Assembly: GCF_004010195.1 (NCBI RefSeq)
Contig: NC_057750.1
Span: forward strand, 11,319,122 to 11,383,121
DNA length: 64,000 nucleotides
Source: Chiloscyllium plagiosum
Lineage: Eukaryota
Reading direction: 5' to 3'
The position numbers and the translations under genes were made by a program. Under the pieces are notes generated by a model that was given only the letters and a program-made list of their open reading frames with translations, did no database searches and was not told where the DNA came from. Positions 11,360 through 22,885 of the stretch are shown piece by piece. The first letter of the stretch is position 1. Every line of letters starts with the position of its first letter.

Positions 11360-12600
11360 CGGCCCCGCCCATTCAAGACCCTGGGGCCGGCACTTCCACC
11401 CGCAGCCTCGTGACGTCATGGTACGTGACACAGAGACCGCCGACGCCATTGGCCAACACCGTTCAACACCGCCCCGCCAATCACCATCAGCCTCTCCCGT
11501 AACTTAGCAACGTCGGTTAAAAATACATTTCAAAAATGGCGTTCTCACTGTTGATAATTCACGTTCTACCGTCGGTTACTCACAGTCGACCAATGATTCG
11601 CTCCTAAGTCAGAACTCGGTAGTTTGAAACTCTCATCTCAACCCGAAATCGTTTGATTTGTTGGGGTTTTCAAACCAAGTTTCTTGGTCCCCGCCCACAG
11701 CGGAGACGCGATGGCGATTGGGCGAGCGGGCAGTCCGTTGGCGAGACCCGCCTCCGTCGCGATGATGGACGGCATTATTTACCAATCGTAACCGCAGTAG
11801 AACCGACCCCTTTCTCCCGATTGGCCTGTGCCTTCCGACGCCTGGCCAATAGGACAGGCTCCAGGGGGCCTGTAGCTCGAGCTAGTGTCTTGATTTGCAC
11901 CGAGCGCGGCGGCCGGGAGGAGGAGTGCAGACGAGAAAAACAACATGAAGAATTAACTCGGCGGGGAACGGACGGGTTATGGCGGACGGGGGTCGATGAG
12001 GAGGGAAAGCCGTGTCTACCTACTGTGATGATCGGGATATAATTAAAACAAATAATTGCGTCCAAGTAAATCAGCAGGTAGCGACCCGCTCCCAGCGAGA
12101 GTGTGTTTTTTTTTAATTTGATTGCTGTGGTGCTCAGGGCGCCCGTTACACGGCGGCTTCGAAGTGCCCGTTGGTTTTTTTTCCATCATCCAGGCCAGGA
12201 ATTCGCGCTGAAGGAGCCGGTTTCCCAGAAAGTGCCTCTCTGGAAAGGATTGATTCCGGGGGGGTGGGGGGGTACAGTCCTCTTGCCCCACCAAGCCCAT
12301 CTTGTGGGTGGGGGAAGAGGGGGGAGGGGCGGGGGCAAGTTCTCGACAGCTCTAACTGCGCATGGGCGCCGAGCTGGCCGGGACTTGTAGTTCTGGTACT
12401 ATTTCTCCTTTAGAGAGCGAGACTGTGTTGTCTTTTTTTTTTGTAGGAAGGTAGTTGGAGGGTGAAGCATCCCAGTAGAGATTTTAGATAGGCCGACTGG
12501 CCCTGACCCGGTGTTGGTTCCCGTACCGCAGGATTGCAAGGATATCTATCACTCGGTGAACTACAAGGCCCAGCATGCACCGGGTGCAGCCAAGCGCGAA
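11360..12600. promoter_or_regulatory. Bidirectional CpG-island promoter (thioredoxin-like B on minus; SERTAD3-like on plus)
   Basis: GC box 11363-11370, perfect CRE TGACGTCA 11411-11418, several CCAAT boxes on both strands, RFX X-box-like GTAACTTAGCAAC 11499-11511, YY1-like AAAATGGCG 11533-11541, ZNF143-type ACTACAAGTCCC 12380-12391 (minus). CpG-dense. Confidence 0.75.
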
Positions 12601-12769
12601 AAAGGGGCAGGTCTTCACTGGCAGGAGCGGGGAAGAAGTGTCAGAATCCTTCGAAATTCAGCTTCAGGTGGAGTTGTTCAGGTCATGGTGGTATTTGGGA
12701 TATTTGATCTTTTAATACACATTTTATCTATGCTGATTGAGAAGCAGTACCTCCTCCTTGCTAGTTAAT

Positions 12770-13030
12770 GTGGGAGCATTTTTTAGGATCTGCAGTTATA
12801 TTGAGTGATGGTGTTATTCTTCAGTGCTGTAGTGAGGAGAGTGTTGCATTGTTTGCAGCAGCTCTTTTCAGATAAATGTGAAAGATCCCTTGGTGCTATT
12901 TTGATGAGGAAGCACAGTGGAGTTGGCTGATGCCTTAGCCAATGTTTATCCCTCAACCAGCATTGCCCAAAATATCTTGTTGTGGGATCTTATTGGCACA
13001 GGTTGGCACCAGCATTACAAGTAATGATTA
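12770..13030 (+). mobile_element. DeuSINE remnant
   Basis: aaagatcccttggtgctattttgatgag...gccaatgtttatccctcaacc is a Deu-domain sequence. Confidence 0.6.
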
Positions 13031-13049
13031 TACATTAAACATATATAAA

Positions 13050-13380
13050 TAGAAAAGGTCTTTTCCCTGGGGTGGGGGTGTCCAAACTAGAGGGCATGTG
13101 TTTAAGATGAGAAGGGAAAGACTTAAAAGGGACCTAAAGGGCAAAGGTTTTTTTTATGTAAAGGGTGGTGCATGTATGGAATGAGCTGCCACAAGAAGTG
13201 GTGGAGGCTGGTATAATTACCCGGTATTTAAAGGACATCTGGATGGGTATATGAATAGGAAGGATTTAGAGGGATATGGGCCAAATGCTGCCAAATGGGA
13301 CTAGATGAATTTTGGATATCTATTTGGCATGGACAAGTTGGACCAAAGGGTCTGTTTCCCTGTTGTACATCTCTGACTAT
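13050..13380 (+). mobile_element. CR1/HER1 LINE 3' fragment
   Basis: Highly similar to 8710-9025. Confidence 0.85.
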
Positions 13381-13429
13381 AATGCCTTGTGTTTTTGAAA
13401 AGTCCTTTATTAATGCAACCCCTTCTATT

Positions 13430-13540
13430 TCCTAATGAAGGGCTTATTCTCCTGCTCCTTGGATGCTGCCAGACCTGCTCTGCTTTTCCAGCACCACACT
13501 CTCTACTCTGATCTCCAGCGTCTGCAGTCCTCACTTTCTC
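13430..13540 (+). mobile_element. Short PLE-terminus insertion (hammerhead partly deleted)
   Basis: cctaatgaagggctta...catc/gtctgcagtcctcactttctcc; flanking ctatttcc repeat at 13425 and 13541. Confidence 0.7.
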
Positions 13541-13769
13541 CTATTTCCAATATTTGCATGGCATAAAGTTTGATTGTGGTCAGCTCACTTATAACGGTTG
13601 TCTGTAGTCAGCAGAAAAGTAAGGAGGGGGATGGTGATTGGAATCTATCTTTGAAAGACTCTGACAATGATTGAGAGATTTGGAGGACACTTGTAGATGG
13701 TAGGTAGAAATAATTTAGAATGGTTGGACTGCCTTCAAAATATTATCTTTGTCATGATTCATTTTGTCC

Positions 13770-14710
13770 AATGTGGTCGTTGCTGGCTGGCTAGCATTTA
13801 TTGCCTGTCCCTACCTGCCTTGAGGAGATGGTGGTGAATGGCCTTCTTAAATTGCTGCAGTCCACTCATACTGCCATTAGGAAGGGAATTCCAGGATTTG
13901 GATCCAGCGACAGTGAAGGAATGATTATATATTTCCAAGTCATGATGATGAGTGGCTTGGAGAGGAGCTTGAAGATGGCGGTGTCCCCATATATCTCCTA
14001 CCTGTGTCCTTCTAGGTGGAAGTGGTCATGGGTTTGAAAGGTGCTGTTTGAGGATCTTGAGTGAATTTCTGCTCTGCATCTTGTACCACTGCTATTGAAT
14101 GTTGGTGGTGGAGGGAGTGGATGCTTGTGAATGTAATGCCAGTCAAGTGGGCTTTGTCCTGGATGATGTAAAGCTTCTTGAGTGTTGTTGGGGCCACACT
14201 CAACCAGGCAAGTGGAGAAGTTTCCATCATACTCCTGACTTGTGCCTTGCAGATGAGGATCAAGCTTTGAGGAGTCAGGAGGTGTGAGTTACTTGCTGCA
14301 ATTTTCCTAGCCTCTGACCTGCTCTTGTAACCACTGCAATTATGTGGTGAGTCAGTTGAGTTTCTAGTCTATGATACATCCTAAGATGTTGTTAGCATGG
14401 GAAGGTAACACCATTCAATGTTGAGGGGTTTTGGTTAGATTGTCTCCTTTTGGTGATGATCATAGCCTGGCATTTGTGTGACGCAAATGTTACTTGCCAC
14501 TTGTCAGCCCAAGACTGGATATTGTCCAGATCTTGTTGCATTTGCACAAGGACTGCTTCAGTGTCTGAGGAGTCACGAATGGTGCTGAACATTGCACAAA
14601 CATTGACAAATGTCCCCACTTCTGACCTTTTTGATGGAAGGTAATTGATGGAACAGCTGAAGATGGTGGACCTAGGACACTACCCTGAGGAATTCCTGCA
14701 GAGATGTCCT
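13770..14710 (-). mobile_element. Decayed CR1/L2-clade LINE RT 3' portion
   Basis: The minus strand gives GIPQGSVLGP, MQQDLDNIQSWADKWQVTF...KCQAM and YKAQVRSMME-like motifs. Confidence 0.8.
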
Positions 14711-15117
14711 GGAATTCCTTTGATTTTCCATTCTCAGGGTTTATGTATTTGTTATCTGATGCAAGTGGCACCTTGACTACTATGTATATTGTTTTGAACA
14801 GTTTGCCATTCAGAGTTGCTTGCTTAATGTACGTTTTGAAGCCACTTAGTCCTCTGTGAGAAAGTCTCTGTGGTAAATGGGCAACCTCCAGTTATCTGAT
14901 TCTCCCACAAGAAGAATAATTCTTTCCATATTCACCCAGTCAAGTCTCCTCGGGGCTTGATGTTTCAATTACATCACCTCTGACTCTTCAAGAACCCCAG
15001 TGGATATGGATTTAGCTTTTCCTCAGAAGACAATCCTTTGTTAGTTGCTTTCTCATATAACTGGTTTGGTTTGTGCCATATGAGCGGCTGAGTCAACTAG
15101 GCATATGTTGTCTGAAG

Positions 15118-15216
15118 GCTTTATTCCTGATGAAGGGCTTTTGCCCGAAACGTCGATTTTGCCTGTCCTTGGATGCTGCCTGAATTGCTGTGCTCTTCCA
15201 GCACCACTAATCCAGA
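15118..15216 (+). mobile_element. 99-bp PLE-terminus insertion with intact-core hammerhead
   Basis: Perfect 15-bp TSD atatgttgtctgaag at 15103-15117 and 15217-15231. Confidence 0.9.
15123..15158 (+). ncRNA. Minimal type-I hammerhead ribozyme motif (predicted cleavage after GUC at 15154)
   Basis: CTGATGA 15127-15133, stem II GGGC/GCCC 15135-15146, GAAA 15147-15150, CGTC 15151-15154. Confidence 0.7.
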
Positions 15217-15839
15217 ATATGTTGTCTGAAGTTTAGAAGAATGAGGTGTAATTTTGTTGAAACAGAAAATTCTGAAGGGGCTTACCTTTGAATTTTCTTT
15301 TTAATAATGGTGTGCAGTTTCAAGGTAATCATTCAGGACTGAGGAGAAATTTATGAATCTATGTAATTCTATGCCCACACAGCCAAATGCACCAACATTG
15401 AATAAATTTAAGGCTCATTGGATAAATTTAGAACTGTGTGGATTTTTTTCACTTCAGAATTGAGAAATGTGGTTGGGAAAGATGGTATTGAGGCAAAAGA
15501 TTAGTCATGGAATATTGAATGATACAGCAGGCCCAAAAAAACCACCTACCTATTACTCTTGCTTCTTATTGTCTTAAGCCACATAAAAATAGACCAGGAA
15601 TCTTGTTTCTTTCCCTAAAATGCGGAACCAGGTTGGATGTTACAGTAATACATAAACTTATAAGATCCTTTTATTGGCACCAATTTTGTATTTCCAGACT
15701 TGTTTTGCTTTTGGAAGCTCAGTTCAGATCCTCGGTCTACTGTGATGGGATTTGAACCCTTATATATTGGGATTGCCCACTCATGGTCATTTCAGTGATT
15801 GATGACTGAGTCTGATTTGGAGAGTTCTGGGCCACTAAC

Positions 15840-18200
15840 CGTAAGAATTGGAGCAGAAATAGGTAATTCGTCTTTTGAATCTGCTTCATTGTTTGATATG
15901 TTTTTCAACACCATTTCCCTGCCTTCTCTCCGTAATCCTTATCCCCTTACCTGTTAAGAAACCATTTATCTCTGTCTTAAATGCACTTAAATGTCTTGGC
16001 CTCTACAGCCTCTGTGGCAACGAGTTCCATGATTCACTACCCGCCGGCTGAAGAAATTTCTCCTAATCTCAGTTCTAAACGATCATCCTTTCGTTCTGAG
16101 GCTGTGTCCCTAGATAACCTAATTCTCTCCTTGTGGAGGCATCTTCTCCACGTCCACTCACTCCAGGCCTCTTGGTATTCTGCAAGTTTCAGTGAGATCC
16201 CCCTCCTCCTTCTAAACTCCATCAAGTACAGACAGAGTTTTGAACCGCTCCTTCTATGACAAGCTCTTTGCCCTGGGATCATTTGCTTGAACCTCCTGTA
16301 CACTATGTCCAAGGTAAATGCATCCTTCCTTCAATAGGTGGTTCAAATGCAGTTTGACCAGAGCCTTATTCAACCTCAGTAGTACATTTCTGCACTTGTA
16401 TTCAAACCTTTTTGAAGTGAATGCCAACATTGCATCTGTCTTCCTAATTGCCAACTGAAGCTGTATGGTAACCTTATTAGAATTCTGAACTAATCCTCCC
16501 AAGTCCCTTTGTACTTCAGATTTCCAAAGCATTTCTCCGTTTAGAAAATAGACTATGTCTTTTCTTCCTACCAAAATGCGAAATCTCATATATGGAATGC
16601 TGTACTTCAGAAGGCAGTGGAGGCCGAGTCTCTGGATACTTTCGAGAGAGAGAGAGATGGATAGAGCTCTTAAAGACAGTGGAATCAAGGGTAATGAAGA
16701 TAAGGCAGGAACAGGTTACTGATTGTGGATGATCAGCCATGATCATAATGAATGGCTCGAAGGGCCAAATGGCCTACTCCTGCACCTATTGTCTCATGCT
16801 TGTCCACATTGTATTCCATCTGCCACTTCTTTGCCCACTCTCCTAACCTGTCCAAGTCCTTCTGCAACATCCCCGCTCCCTCAACATGTGTCATCTGCAA
16901 ACTAAGCAACAATGCCCTTGGTTGCTTTGTCCAGATTGTTAAGGTTGTTAATATGCAAATTTCCTAGCTCTTAGGTTCTGGATGTGATATCTTTTGCATC
17001 AACAGAAGTTTTCTACGCAAACAAGTTGGGTATTGAGCATATCACTCAGGCCAAAAAGCTTTCTTCCCCATTATGTTGCTGTGAAATACCTGACAGACAT
17101 AGTTGAGATATGGCAAACTCCAATTTAAATACCCAGTGGCAAAGATGTATTTTTGAGGGAAATGTGTAGGATGCATTTTACAGCATGCAAACCCTAAACA
17201 AATGTCACCACATTCACAGGCAAGGTAAAAGAAATAGTCTCTATTCTTCAAAACCTGCAAAACCTCTCACTTTCCCATATCGTGTTCCATCTACCACTAC
17301 TTTGCCCTCTCTCCTAGTTTGTCCAAGTCCTCCTTCAGCTGCTCCACTTTCTCAGCGATTCTTGCTCCTCCACCTGTCTTTGTCCAGACCATTAATGTAC
17401 AATGCAAATAGTTCCAACATGGACTCCCGTGGAACTCCATTAGTCACTGGCTGCCATCCTTAAAAAGTCCACTTTCTGCCAGTCAGCTAATCCTTTATCC
17501 ATGTAAGTACCTTGCCCTTAAAACCATTGACTGTTTTCTTAGCAGCCTCCTGTGTGGCACCTTGTCAAAGGCCTTCTGGAAATCCAAATCGATCTCATCC
17601 ACTGGCTCTCCATTGTCTAATTTGTTCATTACCTACTCAAAGACTTCCAAAGAATAATAAGATTTGTTAGCCATGACCTCCCCTTGATGAAGCTGTGCTG
17701 ACTCCACCCTATTTTACCGTGCACTTCCAAATACTCCGCAATCTCATCCTTAACAATGAACTCTTAAAATCTTACCAACAACTGACATCAGGCTAACTGG
17801 CCTATAGTTTCCTGTCTTCTGCCTCCCTCCCTTCACACATGTGCACACACATATGTTGGTGTTACATTTACCATTTTCCAGCCATCAATCTCTGATTCCA
17901 GTGATTCTTGAATCAGATTCCTTCAGAACTCAGGTTGGTTTATTTACCATCAGACCTTTCAACTTACCCAGCATCTTTGCCTTCGTGATGGCCACTGCAC
18001 TCACTTCTGTTACCTGACTCTCTTGAAGTTCTGGTGTCTTCTACTTTGAAAACTAATGCAAAGTACCTAATTCAATTCCTCCACCTACCTTATTTTCTAG
18101 TCCAATGTGCACTCTGCCTCTCTCTTTACCTTTTCGGTATCTTAAAAACCTCTTGCAATCTTTTTTATTATTACTAGCTAGCTTACTCTTACATTCAACA
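15840..18200 (-). mobile_element. Fragmented CR1 LINE pieces (mainly minus; a plus-strand 3' fragment at about 16600-16795)
   Basis: QRDLG..V, LRLNKALVKLHL and DFQKAFDKVPH (gtggcaccttgtcaaaggccttctggaaatc at about 17555-17585) remnants. Confidence 0.7.
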
Positions 18201-18395
18201 GTGACCTGCTGATTGATGAATTCTGTTGAGTAAAGTGTCACTGTGACTCGATATTCCCACTTGGTTTCAGCAATCTGCAAAGAGATGTCTTGATGGATTT
18301 GCCTGTGTCAAACAAGCAGTTGCAGTTTACTAGTGTTCTGTATATGTGGATTGTGTCGGTTTTGTTCCTTTTTTGCAGCAGATGCCAAACTACTT

Positions 18396-18750
18396 GGGCA
18401 TTACGATGGCTTAGTGGTTGCCACTGCTGCCTCTGCGCCAGGGACCCGGGTTCAATTCCAGCCTCTGGCAACTATCCGTGTGGAGTTTGCACATTCTCCC
18501 TGTGTCTACATGGGTTTCCTCAGAGTGCTCAGGTTTCCTCCCGCAGTCCAGATATGTGCTGGTTAGGTGAATTGGCCATACTAAATTGCCTGTAGTGTTC
18601 AAGGATGTGTGGGTTAGGTACATTAGTCAGGGGTAAATATAGGATAATAGAGTAGGGGAATGCGTCTGGGTGGATTACTCTTCGGAGGGTTGGTGTGGAC
18701 TTGTTGGGTCGCAGGGCCTGTTTCCACACTGCAGGAATTCTACGATTCTA
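18396..18750 (+). mobile_element. HE1-type V-SINE (tRNA-derived)
   Basis: A box tggcttagtgg, B box ggttcaattcc, V-domain gtgtggagtttgcacattctccc...ggtttcctccc, CR1-like tail. Confidence 0.85.
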
Positions 18751-19689
18751 CTTTGCCAGTTCATCTCCAAATGAGACTGTGCACATCAGAAACCATGGCT
18801 GGTCTGGCTACATTCCTGCCTTTCTCTGAATTAACAGATCCCAATAGCAGGAAATGTGTTTCCTGCTTCACTGGGGTGGTTGGCAGTTAATAGTAACCAA
18901 GCACTCTGCCTCCAATAATTCTGAAAGTGTGTGTGATTGAGACGGCATGTTGTGCTTGGATGTGGAGCCATTGTAGTTGGAATTTATTGATGGTACAGGT
19001 GAGTATGAGCTTTTATTGTAAAGAAAGTTAGAATCCATTAAGGAATCCAAATAGATGCCATCATTAAATTCTATCAGCATTCATGAAGATGGGAAGCTTT
19101 GAATTTAACATTCTTTTCCCCATCAGCTGAGTTAACTTTTATTTAGAAGGCTGTCACAATCTGTCAGACATCTATGATTCCTCATTCAGAGATTTATGTT
19201 GCTACAAGATCCATAGTGCATTTATTATCAAATGCATCTAACATGACCTTTGCTAGTTCAGTAATAATTGTTGACGAGAGGTGAGAGGGAAGAGTGCTCA
19301 TACTTTAGGGCTGCTTTTCATTGCAACTGCTGTATTTCAGTTTATTGTAGCTTAATGAAAAGTCTAGTCTCATCAGGGTTTCTGGATGACCGAAAAGTGT
19401 CTCGTGTTCAATATTTGGTTACTAACCCATCAGTAGAAGCAGCACTGAATGAACAGCTATTCACTTTGTGATGATGCTATGTTAGCAGAAATCAGGTCTT
19501 CTCTTCCGATGTTGCTTTATTGTCTTTCTTTCTCATTTGCTCCTGTGTCCTCAATCTTTCAAAGACCTTAATCCATATCTTGTCCAACTGCGCACAAGTC
19601 TTTGAATGTTGACAGGCTGTTTGAGTGTATGAATTTATCGAGGAGCTGACAATTCCTCATCTGATCGAATCTGAATTTTTTTTAGCCGA

Positions 19690-19995
19690 GATCATAGAGT
19701 CATACTGCACGGAAACAGACCCTTCAGTCCATCTCACTACACTGGCCACGTATCCCAATCTGACTTAGTCCCATTTTCCAGCACTTGGCCCATATCCCTC
19801 CAAACCCTTGCTATTCATGTACCCATTCAAATACCTTTTTAAATGTTATAATTGTACAAGCCTCCACCTCCTCTAGCAACTCATTCAATGCACTCCAAGC
19901 TTCTGCATGAAAAAGTTATTCTTTAGGTGCTTTTTAAAATCTTTCCCCTTAATCCTGTGCCCTCTAGTTTTAGACTCCCTCCACCCTAGGAAAAA
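19690..19995 (-). mobile_element. CR1/HER1 LINE 3' fragment
   Basis: The reverse complement matches 8700-9025. Confidence 0.8.
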
Positions 19996-22051
19996 TGGGC
20001 AAATTTTCAAATGATAAAAGAATGAAAGGGTGACGAGTAATGTTGGTTCACTGATTTATAATCTAGAGCATTTTGTCTGAAAGGGTGTTGGGAGCAGATT
20101 CTGTCATCGGTTCAAAGGAAATTGAATACATGAAAAGGAAAGCTTTTGCAAGGTTAAGGGAGTAGTTTGAGTGGTCATCTCCTCTGATCTCCAAAAGCCT
20201 AATTGGACAATCGGGAGAAGATCCAAAGCAGCCTGATTTTCTTTTCACTCTCCCCACCCCAAGAAGCATCTATTGATGGAGTTTGTTGAAGAAGGTACGT
20301 TTTATGAATATATTATTCCTGGTTCAAGTTAGTAATTGAGGGGTAATTTATTTTAGTTCTGGAAAGATTAAAGTTATAAAAGTGAGGGACTTAAAATACT
20401 GGGCTGTAGGCATTTACAGCTAAAGGAATGGCATTTCAGAAAGTTAAATGTTTGTTTAACCAACTCAGAATAGAAGAGATGGCACTATAATACAGCAAGT
20501 GGGCTGGCTTAGCTATGAAGAACTGAAGACACAACATCCGCAATCCTTGCAACAAGGGAGATTTTAAATTTTTTTGGGGAGTTAAATGCTCAACTGGTTA
20601 GAATTCCATGAATGCTGAAATGTTGTGAAGCCACTTATTTCGCCAAATCAAAGAAGAAATTGTAAATAAATAATTTAAAAGCTGATTCGAGGGCATTTGA
20701 AATGGGTAGAGTTTAGACGATCTCTAGTTTCGGTTTATCTGGTTGTTTGCTGCAGGAGTTAGTTTTGGATCGTGTATGGTTTGCAGCTCACAGAGAAGAT
20801 AGCCACAGTAGCTGACAGTCTATTCTGTGAACAAAGTAAAAGTCTTACCTTGGTTCACTGTGTAGAATATGGGTGGGGCTTATTTTCTGTTTTCTGTTTG
20901 AGGGAATAGAAAGTGAATGTTTATCTAGTTGAATTAGAAGATAATAATCTACACTGTGCCCCACAGATTCTTGTTTAAAATAAAGAAATTTGCTGAATAA
21001 GCTGAGTAGTATTGATAAAGTAAACAGAAGAAGGGATCAAAGTATTCACAGTCATAGATGGTAAATTAAAGTTATGCACCTGAGAATAGTTGGAGCTGGG
21101 ACAACGTGAAGATCACCATGATTCTTTGGAGGCTTAATTACAGTTGTTCCCTACAAACATTTTTTTTAAACCTTTTAAAAATTGATCTGTCTTGGAGAAT
21201 GCTTAACTAAAGTAGGGAGTAAACCCAAGTTCATTACATAGTTATAAACTATATTAATCAAAACAAAATCTATTCACTTATAATAACTGTTATAATAACT
21301 GAATATTCCCTGTTACCATGCTGGTAGAGGACATTAGCATTACCTCATTAATGTCCAAGGAAACCTGCTCTGCTTAGTGCTCAGCTGTCTCACTCCCCAC
21401 TTGTTGCTTCATCAGTGTTGCCCTCCCACATTCGGTGCCCTGCTTGACGTGCTATAGAGCACAGTAGTGAGTGCGATGAAGTCAGTGAAGGATGAGGAGC
21501 AGGTCGTGCAAGTATTCAGAGTGGGGTAGTGAAAGAATTAGGATCCCAGAATTGATTTTGTTTAAACCTTTGCAAGAACATATATTTTCTATTGCTCCTC
21601 TCCTTTAGTGCAGACACCTTGCTGTTGTGTTTTGCTGGCCATTGATGAAACAGGCACTACCACTGCATGGTGATGAGTGTCCCTCCTGCAGTTCTGATGG
21701 CAGTAATCACACCAATACTATAAAGTTTGCTTACTTTCTAAAACAGAAGTGAAATATTTTTGATACATTTTGCTAAAACAGAATATTTTCGGATTTTTTT
21801 TTAAAAAAACATTATTGGTCCCTAACTAGATCATAAGTGGTTAGAGGTTTGGTTGTAATGTAAATGCTGACATTGATTAGATGGGCTGAATGGCCAGTTG
21901 TTTGCAGTAATTCCTGAACAACCAAGCTAATAAATCTTCTTTTGCCCTTTACAGATATGCTAGTGTTGGCACAGATACTAACCATGCCTGTTGGCATCTC
22001 TCTGGGGATCTGTACAATGTTAACAGCTGTCTTTTATCTTGGCAGGTCTCA

Positions 22052-22885
22052 ATGGTTGGAAAGGGTGTGAAGCGGAAGCGCCATGCCGATGGGGGTCTGG
22101 ATTCCTGTCAGAACCTTGCTGACTGTCCGGAGTCCTATAGCCTCAAGCGGCAGCTGGTACTCAACACCTCCCTGAATAAGATGCAGAATGGGCGGGCACT
22201 GCCGGAGCTCAGCCTTCGGCGCACTGTCCTGATTGCTAACACCCTGCGGCAGATCCAAGAAGAGATCCGGCTGGAAAGCAGCCAGCTGGCATCTGCCATG
22301 GCCTTGGATTCTGGGTGTTCGGAATTAGGCAGCCAACGGGATGTCCCACCTTCGCGGCTGACAACTGAGAGCCACCCCGCTGGATTCGGCGATGGCCTTG
22401 AGGACTTTACATCTGCTGCTTCTGATGAGGACCACTCCCTCTCCTCTGCTATCAACTCCATCCTCCGGGATCTTGACATCATTGTTGATGAAAGCCCTTC
22501 ACCTTCAATCCCACAGGACAATCTGGGCCTGCCAGAAGCAATGGACACAGCAGCAGAAGACTGGAACAAAGAGGAAATCCAGTCCACAGAGCCCTGTAGA
22601 CCTTTGGAGTCAGTTTTTGGCAGCTTTGAAATCATGAGCTCTAGTTACCTTGTAGGTGTGACCTTGGATGACCTTTTTCTTGACATTGACACCTCTGTGT
22701 GTGACTGCGATGTGGCTACAGTGGGGCCGGCTCCCAGTGGCCGTGCAGTGCCCCCTGGTGTGGCTGATGACCTGGCTAAGACTTTCACCTCATGCAATTC
22801 CTCTTCTTCATTGGGAGCCAGTCCAACTTTAAGAACTGACCTGAATGACCTGGATCACATCATGGAGATCCTGGTCAGCTCCTGA
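22052..22885 (+). CDS. SERTAD3: SERTA domain-containing protein, SERTAD3-like (277 aa, single coding exon)
   Basis: Basic N-terminus GKGVKRK, SERTA motif RQLVLNTSLNKMQ...SLRRTVLIANTLRQIQEE, DDLFLDIDTS, and C-terminal DLDHIMEILV. Splice acceptor (ttttatcttggcag) 6 nt before the ATG. Paralog assignment rests on motif resemblance and tandem order with SERTAD1. Confidence 0.85.
   Translation: MVGKGVKRKRHADGGLDSCQNLADCPESYSLKRQLVLNTSLNKMQNGRALPELSLRRTVLIANTLRQIQEEIRLESSQLASAMALDSGCSELGSQRDVPPSRLTTESHPAGFGDGLEDFTSAASDEDHSLSSAINSILRDLDIIVDESPSPSIPQDNLGLPEAMDTAAEDWNKEEIQSTEPCRPLESVFGSFEIMSSSYLVGVTLDDLFLDIDTSVCDCDVATVGPAPSGRAVPPGVADDLAKTFTSCNSSSSLGASPTLRTDLNDLDHIMEILVSS

Noticed and set aside
11343-11372. 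10-aa N-terminal extension MGGAGSVGGA of thioredoxin B
   Set aside because: The upstream ATG has a weak context (T at -3) and overlaps the promoter GC box. ATG 11342 fits the thioredoxin fold better, though the extension is not fully excluded.
5422-11372. Bacterial contamination or horizontal transfer as origin of the intronless GC-rich thioredoxins
   Set aside because: Protein A matches vertebrate TXN1 motifs (VDVDD, CMPTF, EFSG). Both genes have Pol II promoter elements and are embedded among host repeats.
12257-12336. G-quadruplex-capable G-runs in the SERTAD3 5' region
   Set aside because: Common in CpG-island first introns; nothing specific supports a function.
18396-18470. tRNA genes (A/B boxes here and at 38447, 54842, 60421)
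   Set aside because: They are SINE heads followed by SINE body and tail; no intact cloverleaf is evident.
22135-22635. Antisense ORFs over the SERTAD and thioredoxin CDSs (also 58182-58586, 11031-11357)
   Set aside because: They are shadows of GC-rich coding sequence with no recognisable domains.
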